Counted from the first letter of the stretch, positions 39,522-48,908 are shown. The stretch: DNA of 64,000 nt from Alphaproteobacteria bacterium (GCA_965228895.1 OZ245842.1:1472001-1536000), one strand, 5' to 3'. The notes: a model not told the origin generated them from the sequence alone. Program-made: numbers and translations.

Positions 39522-39984
39522 CGTAACTGCCCGTAGTTCCAGGTACCTGGCCCGATGTTTGGGCCTGGGGGTGGCTGCTCTCGCCGCGTTGATGATGGCC
39601 GCCTGCGAGACGGTGTCGGAGGTAACGGGTCCGAGCTATCCCTATGAGGGTACGGCGTGGGTCGTTGAGGATATCGACGGTAACGGCGTTATCGATTTCG
39701 CGCAGACCCGAATAGCGTTCGCCGATGACGGGCGCGTCAACGGCAACGGTGGCTGCAACACGTTCTTCGGCTCCTACCAGATCGCAGAGGACGTCGTCCG
39801 CTTCAGCCCCATGGCGACGACGCAGATGCTGTGTGAGCCGGCTGTGTTTGACCAGGAGGTCGCGTTCATGAATGCCCTCGATCGTGTTGAGGCGATCCGC
39901 GTCGAAGAGGGCATCATGTATATGGACGACGCCGAGGGCGCCACGATCCTGCGTCTGTGGGAAGTCGAGGCCGTCGAGGAGTAG
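39499..39984 (+). CDS. META domain (HslJ-like) lipoprotein
   Basis: Lipobox MAAC; GNGGCNTFFGSY, ATTQMLC, QE..FM.AL; start uncertain. Confidence 0.8.
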   Translation: MFVPRLPDVTARSSRYLARCLGLGVAALAALMMAACETVSEVTGPSYPYEGTAWVVEDIDGNGVIDFAQTRIAFADDGRVNGNGGCNTFFGSYQIAEDVVRFSPMATTQMLCEPAVFDQEVAFMNALDRVEAIRVEEGIMYMDDAEGATILRLWEVEAVEE

Positions 39985-40130
39985 GCTCTCCGCGCTGACC
40001 CCGGTTCCGTCTCTCCACGAGGCAATCGGCTTGTTTGCCGGCTGGTTGCCCGCCTATCATGAGCCCGTTCGCTGCGTCGGCTGTCGGCCGCGCCGGGGAC
40101 ACTTCCTTTGTAGGAACGAGGAGTGGGGCT

Positions 40131-42464
40131 TTGAGCCAGTTCGCCTTGGGCCAGCCGGTCCGCCGCGTCGAAGACCTGCGCCTGATCACCGGGAACGGTC
40201 GCTATACGGATGACGGCGCGGCCTTTGGCGAGGTCTATGGTTATGTCTTGCGCTCGCCTTACGCCCACGCGGATATCACCGGCTTGAATGTTGACGCGGT
40301 GCGCGATTCGCCGGGCGTCGTCGGCGTCGTTACCATCGACGACCTGGATGCCGATGGCATCGGCGACCTGCCGTGTTCGGTTCGCCCGGACAACAGCGAC
40401 GGCACCTCCATGTATCATCCGCCGCGCCCGGCCTTGGCCCGTGGCCGCGTGCGCCATGTCGGCGAACCCATCGCGTTCGTCGTCGCCCAGACCCTCAGCC
40501 AAGCGAAGGATGCCGCCGAACTGATCGAGGTCGACTTCGAGCCGCTCAATGCGGTTGCCTCGACCGCGGGCGCCGTTTCGAAGACGGCGGTCGAGATCTG
40601 GCCGCAAGCACCGGGCAACGTCGCGCTCGATTGGTCGAACGGCGACGAGGCAACCACCGAGGCGGCATTCGCCGGTGCCGCACACGTCGTCACGCTCAAT
40701 CTCGTCAACAACAGGGTTGTCGTCAATCCGATGGAGCCACGGGCAGCGCGCGGCGACTACGATCGGGCGGCCCAGCGTTTCGAACTCGATTCAGGCTCCC
40801 AAGGTGTCCACTTCCTGCAGAACATTCTGGCCGACAAGATCTTCGGCGTGCCACGGACAGCCGTGCATGTAACCACCGGTGATGTCGGCGGCGCGTTCGG
40901 TATGAAGAACTTTCTTTATCCCGAACAGGTGCTGGTGCTGGATGCCGCGCGCCGCTTTGGCTGCCCCGTGCGCTGGACCGGCGAACGCACGGAGTCGTTC
41001 ATGAGCGACACCCAGGGCCGCGATCAGGTGACGACAGCGATGCTGGCGCTGGATGCCGACCACCGCATTCTCGGCCTCAAGGTCGATCTGATCGCTAATT
41101 TGGGCGCTTATCTCTCGAACTACGCGCCAGCGGTGCCGACGTCGGCCAGCACCATCCTGTTGTCCGGTCTCTACGATATCCCGGCGATCCACGTGCGTGT
41201 GCGCGAGGTCTACACCAACATGGTGCCGATGGATGCCTATCGTGGCGCCGGGCGGCCCGAAACCGCCTATTGCGTTGAGCGCTTGATGGACCATGCGGCG
41301 GTCGAGCTGGGCATCGCGCCCGAGGAACTCCGGCGCAAGAACTTCGTGCCGCGCGACAAGTTCCCCTATGTCACCCAGGTCGGCATGACCTATGACGACG
41401 GCGATTTCGCCCGCCATCTGGAGCGCGCGCTATCGCTTGGCGATCACGCGGGCTTCGAGGCGCGCCGCGTCGCGTCGGCCGAGGCCGGCAAACTGCGCGG
41501 CCTGGGGTTTGCCTGTTACATTGAACGATGTGGCGGTGGCGGTCCGGACATGGTCGATATGCGGGTCGATCCCTCAGGAGGGGTGACGCTTTTTGTCGGC
41601 ACCATCACCAACGGGCAGGGGCACGATACGGCCTATGCCCAGTTGACCGCCGACCGACTGGGCCTGCCGATCGAACGCATTCGTATTGTGCAGGGTGACA
41701 GCGACGCCACGCCCTATGGCAGTGGCGTCGGTGGGTCGAACTTCATCGCGGTCGGCGGCAACGCCTGCGCCGTCGCCATCGACAACGTCATCGACAAGGG
41801 GCGCAAGGTTGCCGCTCAGGCCTTGGAGGCGTCCGAGGCCGATATCGATTTTGCCGACGGTGCGTTCAGCATTGTCGGCACCGACCGGTCGGTCAGTCTG
41901 ACAGACATCGCGGCCGCTGCGTTGGATCCCGCTGCATTGCCGCCTGATACGGACCCCGGTCTGCAGGCAGTCGGCAGCTACAAGGCGCCGGGCGTCACGT
42001 TTCCCAACGGCACCCATCTTTGCGAACTCGAGGTCGACCCGGAGACCGGCATGATCGACGTGTTGAACTATCTGGTCGTCGACGACTTCGGAGTCATCGT
42101 CAACCCGATGCTGGTCGAGGGTCAGGTCCATGGCGGCGTTGCCCAGGGCGTGGGGCAGGCGTTCGCCGAACACACGGTCTATGACGAAACCGGGCAGTTG
42201 TTGAGCGGTTCCTTCATGGACTACCAGTTGCTGCGCGCCGGCGATCTCTCGTCGATCGCGTTCGAGACCATCGAAGTCCCGGCGAAAAACAACGCGCTGG
42301 GCGTCAAAGGATGCGGCGAGGCAGGCGCCACCGGCTCGGCGCCGGCGGCGATCAACGCGCTGCTCGACGCGTTGCGCCCGATCGGTGTTCGCCACGTCGA
42401 CATGCCGGCGACTCCCGACAAACTGTGGCGTCTGATCAGGCAAGCAAAGCAGAACGTAGCCTAG
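40131..42464 (+). CDS. Xanthine dehydrogenase family molybdopterin-binding large subunit (CoxL form II-like)
   Basis: RVEDLRLITG, VGGAFGMK, AYRGAGRPE, GQGH.T, EGQVHGG, GVKGCGE; TTG start after GAGGAG. Confidence 0.9.
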   Translation: MSQFALGQPVRRVEDLRLITGNGRYTDDGAAFGEVYGYVLRSPYAHADITGLNVDAVRDSPGVVGVVTIDDLDADGIGDLPCSVRPDNSDGTSMYHPPRPALARGRVRHVGEPIAFVVAQTLSQAKDAAELIEVDFEPLNAVASTAGAVSKTAVEIWPQAPGNVALDWSNGDEATTEAAFAGAAHVVTLNLVNNRVVVNPMEPRAARGDYDRAAQRFELDSGSQGVHFLQNILADKIFGVPRTAVHVTTGDVGGAFGMKNFLYPEQVLVLDAARRFGCPVRWTGERTESFMSDTQGRDQVTTAMLALDADHRILGLKVDLIANLGAYLSNYAPAVPTSASTILLSGLYDIPAIHVRVREVYTNMVPMDAYRGAGRPETAYCVERLMDHAAVELGIAPEELRRKNFVPRDKFPYVTQVGMTYDDGDFARHLERALSLGDHAGFEARRVASAEAGKLRGLGFACYIERCGGGGPDMVDMRVDPSGGVTLFVGTITNGQGHDTAYAQLTADRLGLPIERIRIVQGDSDATPYGSGVGGSNFIAVGGNACAVAIDNVIDKGRKVAAQALEASEADIDFADGAFSIVGTDRSVSLTDIAAAALDPAALPPDTDPGLQAVGSYKAPGVTFPNGTHLCELEVDPETGMIDVLNYLVVDDFGVIVNPMLVEGQVHGGVAQGVGQAFAEHTVYDETGQLLSGSFMDYQLLRAGDLSSIAFETIEVPAKNNALGVKGCGEAGATGSAPAAINALLDALRPIGVRHVDMPATPDKLWRLIRQAKQNVA

Positions 42465-42477
42465 CGGGGGACATGTC

Positions 42478-43650
42478 ATGACGAATGGAATCAGCGCCAA
42501 GGAATTCGCCGAGCGCCGTGACAAGGTACGCCAAGCCGTCGTGCGTGCCGGCTTGGACGCACTCCTTGTGTGTTCGCGCGGCGGCGGTACGACCGACCGG
42601 TATGCCGACGTCATGTACCTCACCAACTTCTATACCCGTTTTCCCTTCATCCCCGACGTTCCCGGCGAATGGACGGCGCGGGCGCACGCATTTGTTCTGA
42701 TGCCGACGGACGAAGCGCCAATCCTGATCGCTGACGATACGCCCAAGCGGCCGGAGGAGCTTCATATCGACGACCACGTCGTCACAGGCGACGTCATCGC
42801 ATCGTTGATCGACGCGATCGGCAAGGCCGGACTTCAGGCCGCGCGTATCGGTATCGCCGGATCGGACACCTTGCCGTGGGCCGTCCACCGCCGGCTGAGC
42901 GAGGCTTTTCCCAAGGCCGAGTGGCTGCCGGCCGATGAGATCATGACGACCATCCGCATGGTGAAGTCGCCCGGCGAGATCGCCGCGCTCAGGCGCGCGT
43001 CCAAGGTCGGCAGCCAGGCGACCGAAGCCATGCTGGATCGCGCTGAAGCTGGCGTCAGCCATGGCGAGGTGGTCGCGGCGGGTATGGAGATGTTGGTGAC
43101 CCAGGGCGGCATTCTCTATAACTCGTTCATGTCCTCCGGCAAGGGCGGCAACAAACCGCGCTCCGTCGCCAATAGTTTTCCGACCTGGGGATCTGACGAC
43201 GTTCTGGAGGATGGCGACTGGTTCCATGTCGGCATCTCCGGCGCGGTCGACGGCTACTACTTCGACCACGCGCGTTCCAAACCGATCGGCCAACCGACCG
43301 CCGAGCAGGTTCGGGTGTTCGAGGCGCCGATCGTCGCCGTTCAGGCGGCCATGGATGTCATTCGCCCCGGCGTCACAGCCGCCGAGGTCGCGCGCGTCGG
43401 ACGCGAAGCGCTGGAGGCGCGGGGATTCCCACTCGAGGGCGCGTTCAAGGGGTTCGGCCACGGTATCGGCCTGGGCTGGGATTCACCGTGGTTGGTCGAA
43501 TCCGATCACACGGTGCTGCAGAAAGACATGGTGCTCTGTGTCGAGCGCAGCGTGCGCCACATGGGTTACCTCGGCGACTTCGAAGAGACGGTGCTGGTCA
43601 CCGGCGATGGGATCGAGTTGCTGACCGATGCCGTCGTGCGGCGCTGGTAG
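42478..43650 (+). CDS. M24 (Xaa-Pro peptidase/creatinase-like) family hydrolase
   Basis: Creatinase-N domain, RMVKS..E, GYYFDHAR, GHGIGL, FEETVLVT. Confidence 0.85.
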   Translation: MTNGISAKEFAERRDKVRQAVVRAGLDALLVCSRGGGTTDRYADVMYLTNFYTRFPFIPDVPGEWTARAHAFVLMPTDEAPILIADDTPKRPEELHIDDHVVTGDVIASLIDAIGKAGLQAARIGIAGSDTLPWAVHRRLSEAFPKAEWLPADEIMTTIRMVKSPGEIAALRRASKVGSQATEAMLDRAEAGVSHGEVVAAGMEMLVTQGGILYNSFMSSGKGGNKPRSVANSFPTWGSDDVLEDGDWFHVGISGAVDGYYFDHARSKPIGQPTAEQVRVFEAPIVAVQAAMDVIRPGVTAAEVARVGREALEARGFPLEGAFKGFGHGIGLGWDSPWLVESDHTVLQKDMVLCVERSVRHMGYLGDFEETVLVTGDGIELLTDAVVRRW

Positions 43651-43659
43651 AGCCGTCTG

Positions 43660-43965
43660 TTAAGCCCCGAGCCATACCCTGACAAGGGCGGCAACAGCGA
43701 CACCGGCCGTCATGGCGATCAGCATGTTCTTGGTCGCCACCATGGCAAAGAAGGTGGCCGCAATGCCGATGACCGTACCCTCATCACCGGTAAGCAGGGC
43801 AGGCACCACGATGGCGACCATCACGGAACTCGACAGGCTGTCCAGGAAGGCTTCGGTCCTTGGCGTCACCGGCACGACACTCATGATCAGCAGACCGCCG
43901 GCCCGGGTCAGGTAGGTCACCGCCGCCAGGGCCAGGATGATCAGGATGGTTGTGGGATCACTCAC
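43660..43965 (-). CDS. AzlD-like small membrane subunit
   Basis: LAAVTYLTR motif, 3-4 TM; GTG start overlapping the azlC-like stop. Confidence 0.8.
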   Translation of the reverse strand: MSDPTTILIILALAAVTYLTRAGGLLIMSVVPVTPRTEAFLDSLSSSVMVAIVVPALLTGDEGTVIGIAATFFAMVATKNMLIAMTAGVAVAALVRVWLGA

Positions 43966-44665
43966 GGTGCAGCAGGGCGCCGGTCGCGCCGCCCGCGATG
44001 GCGCCGGCCATGATGTGCCAGTTCGTCGGCAGCAGCCACAGGCCGAGCAGGGATACGACGGCGGCCGCTGTCCACGGCAGGATGTTCGTACGGCCGCGCC
44101 ACATGCCAACCAAGACGGTGGCAAAGAAGGCGAGCATCAGAACATCCAGACCGTAGCGTTTGGGGTCCAAGAGCTCACCGGCAGCGGTGAGGCCCGCCAG
44201 CGTGCCGGTGATCCAGCAGATCCACAGCGCCATGCCGCCGCCGACGAGGACGCCGACATCGTTGCCGCCCTGCGCGCGGTACTTCATGGCCATCGCCCAG
44301 TTGGCATCGCTCAGGAGAGCCGCAGCACCGAACCGCCGCCACGGGCCGAGGTGCCGAAACCAGGGGTGGAGCGCGGCGCCGAGAAGCACATGCCGGGTGT
44401 TGACGGCCAGCACCGCCAGCAGCAGCGCACCTAACCCGGCGTGGTCGAGGCCCATGTCCAGCGCGACAAACTGGGCTGCACCGGAGAACACGGCGGCACT
44501 CATGAGACCGGCCTCGACGTTGGTGAGACCGGCCTGCTGGGCAGCCGCGCCAAAGGCGATGCCCAGCACAAAGGCATAAAGCGCGATCGGCGTGATCTCC
44601 GGTATCCCGGTTCTAACGCCGCGCCACGTCAAGATGGCCGTAAGCCTTGAATCCTGTGATGCCAT
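43958..44665 (-). CDS. AzlC family branched-chain amino acid exporter
   Basis: VFSGAAQF, VNTRH, LSDANWA, YGLD. Confidence 0.88.
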   Translation of the reverse strand: MASQDSRLTAILTWRGVRTGIPEITPIALYAFVLGIAFGAAAQQAGLTNVEAGLMSAAVFSGAAQFVALDMGLDHAGLGALLLAVLAVNTRHVLLGAALHPWFRHLGPWRRFGAAALLSDANWAMAMKYRAQGGNDVGVLVGGGMALWICWITGTLAGLTAAGELLDPKRYGLDVLMLAFFATVLVGMWRGRTNILPWTAAAVVSLLGLWLLPTNWHIMAGAIAGGATGALLHRE

Positions 44666-44669
44666 CGAC

Positions 44670-44735
44670 TCTAACCAGCTAATAGGTTAGATAGTGAAGC
44701 TAGGCCGTGTCGCTGTCAACCGCTAAGGTGGTTAG
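44670..44735. promoter_or_regulatory. Two copies of palindrome (C/T)(T/C)AACC-N8-GGTTAG between divergent azlC-like and CGNR genes
   Basis: TCTAACC-agctaata-GGTTAGA (44670-44691) and TCAACC-gctaaggt-GGTTAG (44716-44735). Confidence 0.65.
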
Positions 44736-44752
44736 GTCGGTCGCGGCCAAGG

Positions 44753-45367
44753 ATGAAGGCGATGGAAACACTGCGTTCGGGATCGTTGGGATTGTTCGGC
44801 GGCAGGCTGTGCCTCGATTTCGTGAACACCGCCAATCGCCACGGCGATGGGATCGACCGCGAATTCCTGGAGACCTACGACGACCTCGTCGCGTGGGGCC
44901 GCCATGTCGGCCTGCTGGCGAGCGGTGATGGTCGCGCCGCCGCACGCCTTCCCGAGGCGGATACTATCGAGGCCGCGCTGGCGTTTGACGCGTGCCTTCA
45001 GCTCAGGGAATGCCTGTACCGATTGCTGTTACCCGGCGGCCGCCGTGACCCGGCGGGCGCGGATCTCGAACGCTTGAACCACGCGTTGACACGCGGCGCT
45101 CACCACAGCCGCCTTGTCGCGGACGGAGAAGGCTTTGCCTATGCCGTCGACGATGATGCGCTCGCCTGGCTGATGGGTCCGGTCGCGTGGTCGGCATCGG
45201 AGCTGCTGACGTCAGGTCAGATCGAGCACGTCAAGACATGCCCTGGGACGCATTGTGGCTGGCTGTTCCTGGATACCTCACGCGGCCACACCCGGCGCTG
45301 GTGTTCGATGACCACGTGCGGCAATCGGGCGAAGGCACGCGCCCACTATGCGCGCCACCAGGTTTGA
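44753..45367 (+). CDS. ABATE/CGNR zinc-finger (DUF1470) protein
   Basis: LCLDFVNT; C..C.WLFLDTSR...RRWCSM..CGNR.K; start could be 44762. Confidence 0.92.
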   Translation: MKAMETLRSGSLGLFGGRLCLDFVNTANRHGDGIDREFLETYDDLVAWGRHVGLLASGDGRAAARLPEADTIEAALAFDACLQLRECLYRLLLPGGRRDPAGADLERLNHALTRGAHHSRLVADGEGFAYAVDDDALAWLMGPVAWSASELLTSGQIEHVKTCPGTHCGWLFLDTSRGHTRRWCSMTTCGNRAKARAHYARHQV

Positions 45368-45399
45368 TCGTTGATCGGCTCACACGGTTGTTCGTTCCG

Positions 45400-46320
45400 T
45401 CAGCGTTCGATGGTTACCTGCCACTGCGGACCGGCGCCAATACCGTAGGTTTCTGAAAAGTTTGCAAAGCTCAGCGCTACCGACATGTTGCCGACATTGT
45501 TGAGAAGGATCAGGGGCGCGCCGGGCTCCACGTCCGGATAGGCGGCGGCATAGGTCGCCGCTTCGCGATAGACGACGTCGTCACCATCGGCGATCGTCAC
45601 GGTCAACACGTCGCCGTAGCTGGCGCCGAGCGAATCAAAGCTAGCTTGGTCGATATTCGTCCAAAGATTGCCGAAGGGATAGTGGATCAGGCTGACGGTT
45701 CCGGTGACGGCGCGATCGGCGATCCGCGGTTCGCCAAGGTCGAGATGGACATATGCGCTGCCAAGCGACGGCCCGATGGCTTCAAAGCTACGGATGCCCG
45801 CGGCAAGTTCCGCGGCCGTCCGCACGAACAGATCCCGCGCGGAAAAGGTGTAGTAGTCTTGCGCGCCCGGCTCAGGGTCCTGCGATGTCTCGATGACACG
45901 GACGTCCACCACGCCATAGGTCTCCGCGACCAACGTCAACGTGCCATTGTCCGGCGTCGCGATGAAATGTCCGGTTTCCGTCAGCATCACAACCGGCTGG
46001 CGTTCCGAAAGCGGACCATCGTCGACAGCCGATACGAAGACCGTGCCGGCGGGATAGAACCCTAGGGCCGCGTCCAGGGTCTGGGCTGCCTCCCATATGT
46101 CGAACGGTGCGATCTCGTGGGTCGAATCGACAACCTGCAGGTACGAATCAACCGAAAAGGCGACACCCTTCATCTGTGCGGCCGCGCCGTGCCGCGTGCC
46201 CTTGTCTGACTGAAGCACGACGATGCCGTTCGTCTCCTGGCCGTACACAGGCGACAGGGCCAGGACTGCGACGACGACACCTGTCATCCATAAGAACCGC
46301 CTTGCTCTCATCCGATGCAT
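45400..46320 (-). CDS. SAM hydroxide adenosyltransferase/halogenase (DUF62) fold protein with signal peptide, atypical active site
   Basis: QSDKG...MKGV, D.THEI.PFDI, GTVFV..VD, TPDNG, TFSARD, GNLWTNI; N-terminal RR + hydrophobic stretch. Confidence 0.82.
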   Translation of the reverse strand: MHRMRARRFLWMTGVVVAVLALSPVYGQETNGIVVLQSDKGTRHGAAAQMKGVAFSVDSYLQVVDSTHEIAPFDIWEAAQTLDAALGFYPAGTVFVSAVDDGPLSERQPVVMLTETGHFIATPDNGTLTLVAETYGVVDVRVIETSQDPEPGAQDYYTFSARDLFVRTAAELAAGIRSFEAIGPSLGSAYVHLDLGEPRIADRAVTGTVSLIHYPFGNLWTNIDQASFDSLGASYGDVLTVTIADGDDVVYREAATYAAAYPDVEPGAPLILLNNVGNMSVALSFANFSETYGIGAGPQWQVTIER

Positions 46321-46378
46321 CACACCCACCCCCCTTGCATGCTTTGTCGCTGTGCGACGCGGTCAAGGCGCGTCAGCC

Positions 46379-48268
46379 TCAAGCCGCGTCGGACTCGGCG
46401 GCTTCCAGTTTGTGCTGGGCATCCAGCCAGTCGGCCTCGGCACGTTCCAGGCGCTTCTCGATGTCGGCACGCTTTTTCATGAGCTTGGTCGCCGGCTGAC
46501 CGGCTTCGTCACCGTCATACTGGTCGGGATGAAACAGCGCGTGATCGATTTCGCTGCGTTCGCGCGACAGCTTCTCGATCAGCGCTTCGGCCTCCTTGAC
46601 CTGCTTACGGAGCGCGCTCGTGCGTTCGCGCGCCTTGGCCGCCGCACGGCGTGCTTCCTTGCGATTGACCTTGGTGCCTGCCTCGGCCTCGGTCTTCGTT
46701 TCGTTTGAGCCACTCAGGATCTGGCGCCGGTAGTCGTCCAGGCTGCCGGTGAACTCGCGTGCCGTGCCGTCGGCGACCAGCCACAGGCGATCCGCCGTCA
46801 GTTCAACGAGATGGCGGTCATGGCTGACCAGGATGACGGCGCCGGTGAAGTCGTTGATCGCCTGCACCAGCGCTTCGCGCGCATCGACGTCCAAATGGTT
46901 GGTCGGCTCGTCCAGGATCAGCACGTGCGGGGCTTCGCGCGTAATCAGGGCAAGCGCCAGGCGCGCGCGTTCGCCGCCGGAGAGTTTCGAGACTTCCGTC
47001 AGCGCCTTGTCGCCGGAGAATCCGAACCGGCCGAGCTGGCTTCTCACCGCGCCCGGCTTGGCGTCGGGCATCAGGCGGGTCATGTGCTGCATTGGTGTGT
47101 CGCCGGAGCGCAGCTCCTCGACCTGATGCTGGGCGAAATAGCCGACCTTCAGCTTGGTCGCCTCGTGCCGGTCGCCCGCCATGGGTTCCAGCCGGTGCGC
47201 CATCAGCCTCGCCAGCGTCGTCTTGCCGTTGCCGTTGCGCCCCAGCATGGCGATCCGGTCGTCGGGATCGAGACGCAGACCGATCTCTTTCAGCACCGGC
47301 ACGTCAGGTTGGTAGCCGACCGCGATGTCATCGTAGGTGACCAGCGGCGGCTTTAGTTCGGTAGGGTTTGGGAACTCGAACGCGATGGTCTCACCCTCGG
47401 CCATGGACGCGACCGGCTGCATGCGCGACAGCGCTTTTAGCCGGCTTTGCGCCTGGCGCGCCGTATGGGCCTTGTAGCGCCAGCGGTCGACATAGCTCTG
47501 CAGGTGCTTGCGCTGTTGCTCCTGCTTCGTGCGCAAGGCTTCCAACTGCGCCAGGCGTTCGCCGCGCAGCCGTTCGAAATCGTCATAGCCGCCGGGATAG
47601 AGTGTCAGCTTGCCGTTGATCAAATGCAGAATGTGGTTGGCGACATTGTTGAGGAGATCGCGCTCATGGCTCACCACGATCAACGTCTTGGGATAACCCT
47701 TCAGGAACGATTCCAGCCACAGCGTCGCTTCGAGGTCCAGATGGTTGCTGGGCTCATCAAGCAACAGGATCTCGGGCTCGGTGAACAACAGGGACGCCAG
47801 GGCGACGCGCATGCGCCAGCCGCCGGAGAAGCTCTCGATTGGCTGGTGCTGCTCGGCTTCTGTGAAGCCCAGACCGGCCAGGATGCGCGCGGCGCGCGAC
47901 GGCGCGGCATAGGCCTCGATATCGGCGAGACGGTTATGGATCTCACCGATTTTCGCAGGGTCAGTCTCGTTCTCGGCCGCCGCCAGCAGGCTGGCGCGTT
48001 CGATATCGGCGGCCAGGACCGTTTCCAGCGGCGTGCCGTCGCCGGACGGTGCCTCCTGGGCGATCAGGCCGATGCGCCGATTCTTGCCAAGCTCGACATC
48101 GCCGCCATCGGGGTCCAATTCGCCGGTGATGACCTTCAGCAGCGTCGACTTGCCGGCGCCATTGCGGCCGATCAGCCCGACGCGATGACCGTCAGGGATC
48201 GTCGCGCTGGCGCCGTCAATAATGACCCGTCCGCCGAGGCGCACGGTGATATCGCTTAAGGTCAACAT
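46379..48268 (-). CDS. ABC-F family ATPase (YheS-like)
   Basis: GRNGAGKST, FSGGWRMR, GRNGNGKTT, LSGGERAR, C-terminal coiled coil; no TM. Confidence 0.93.
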   Translation of the reverse strand: MLTLSDITVRLGGRVIIDGASATIPDGHRVGLIGRNGAGKSTLLKVITGELDPDGGDVELGKNRRIGLIAQEAPSGDGTPLETVLAADIERASLLAAAENETDPAKIGEIHNRLADIEAYAAPSRAARILAGLGFTEAEQHQPIESFSGGWRMRVALASLLFTEPEILLLDEPSNHLDLEATLWLESFLKGYPKTLIVVSHERDLLNNVANHILHLINGKLTLYPGGYDDFERLRGERLAQLEALRTKQEQQRKHLQSYVDRWRYKAHTARQAQSRLKALSRMQPVASMAEGETIAFEFPNPTELKPPLVTYDDIAVGYQPDVPVLKEIGLRLDPDDRIAMLGRNGNGKTTLARLMAHRLEPMAGDRHEATKLKVGYFAQHQVEELRSGDTPMQHMTRLMPDAKPGAVRSQLGRFGFSGDKALTEVSKLSGGERARLALALITREAPHVLILDEPTNHLDVDAREALVQAINDFTGAVILVSHDRHLVELTADRLWLVADGTAREFTGSLDDYRRQILSGSNETKTEAEAGTKVNRKEARRAAAKARERTSALRKQVKEAEALIEKLSRERSEIDHALFHPDQYDGDEAGQPATKLMKKRADIEKRLERAEADWLDAQHKLEAAESDAA

Positions 48269-48314
48269 GGCGGCGGGGTCTTAACACGGCCCCGGGGGGG
48301 AATTGAAGGTCGGG

Positions 48315-48608
48315 TTAGATTTCCGTCTCGTCGGCCGCCGGCGCGTCCGACGTCTCGCCGTCTTCCGGATTGAGGCGGCGGATGACGATGTCGCCGTTCT
48401 CCATGATCTCCGGCATAGCGTATTGCGGGATCGCCATCAGCATCAGTTCAAGCGCCAGCATCAGCTTTTCGGCGGCTTCCTCGGCCAGAACGGCGGGATT
48501 CTGGTCGGTTTCCGGCGCCGTCTCGTCGTCGGCCATGGCGACGGGCGCGCTGAGCGCCATGGTCGAGGCCAAGCACAGACTGGTGAAGATTCGGCGTTGA
48601 GGCGACAT
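48315..48608 (-). CDS. Small secreted acidic hypothetical protein
   Basis: Signal peptide ending PVAMA; IPQY.MPEI.ENGDI.IRR; RBS GAGGAG. Confidence 0.65.
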   Translation of the reverse strand: MSPQRRIFTSLCLASTMALSAPVAMADDETAPETDQNPAVLAEEAAEKLMLALELMLMAIPQYAMPEIMENGDIVIRRLNPEDGETSDAPAADETEI

Positions 48609-48716
48609 GGTTTCAGTCTCCTCGGCGATCGTTGTTGTCATGCACGGACTGTTGCCGCCCAAGCGGGCGAATTTAAGGCGCGCGGTTGTCGCGATTGTCG
48701 GGACCAAAAATCGCGA

Positions 48717-48908
48717 TCAGTGGGCGTCTTGTTCCCGGGCGGCCTTTTCGGATCGATTGGCGTGATAGCCGACCAAAAGGAACCACGACAGCAACAGCAA
48801 TCCCAAGCCCATATAGACGCTGGACCCATGCGGCGAACCAGCTGCAATGAACAGGCCAAGGATGCCCAGAAGGCCGAAGACGATGGTGATGAAAATGGAC
48901 GCCAGCAT
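48717..48908 (-). CDS. Small two-TM membrane protein
   Basis: MLASIFITIVFGLLGILGLFIAA...MGLGLLLLSWFLLV, two hydrophobic helices. Confidence 0.6.
   Translation of the reverse strand: MLASIFITIVFGLLGILGLFIAAGSPHGSSVYMGLGLLLLSWFLLVGYHANRSEKAAREQDAH

Noticed and set aside
40131-42464. Aerobic CO dehydrogenase call
   Set aside because: Has AYRGAGR rather than the form I AYxCSFR, and lacks coxMS and accessory genes
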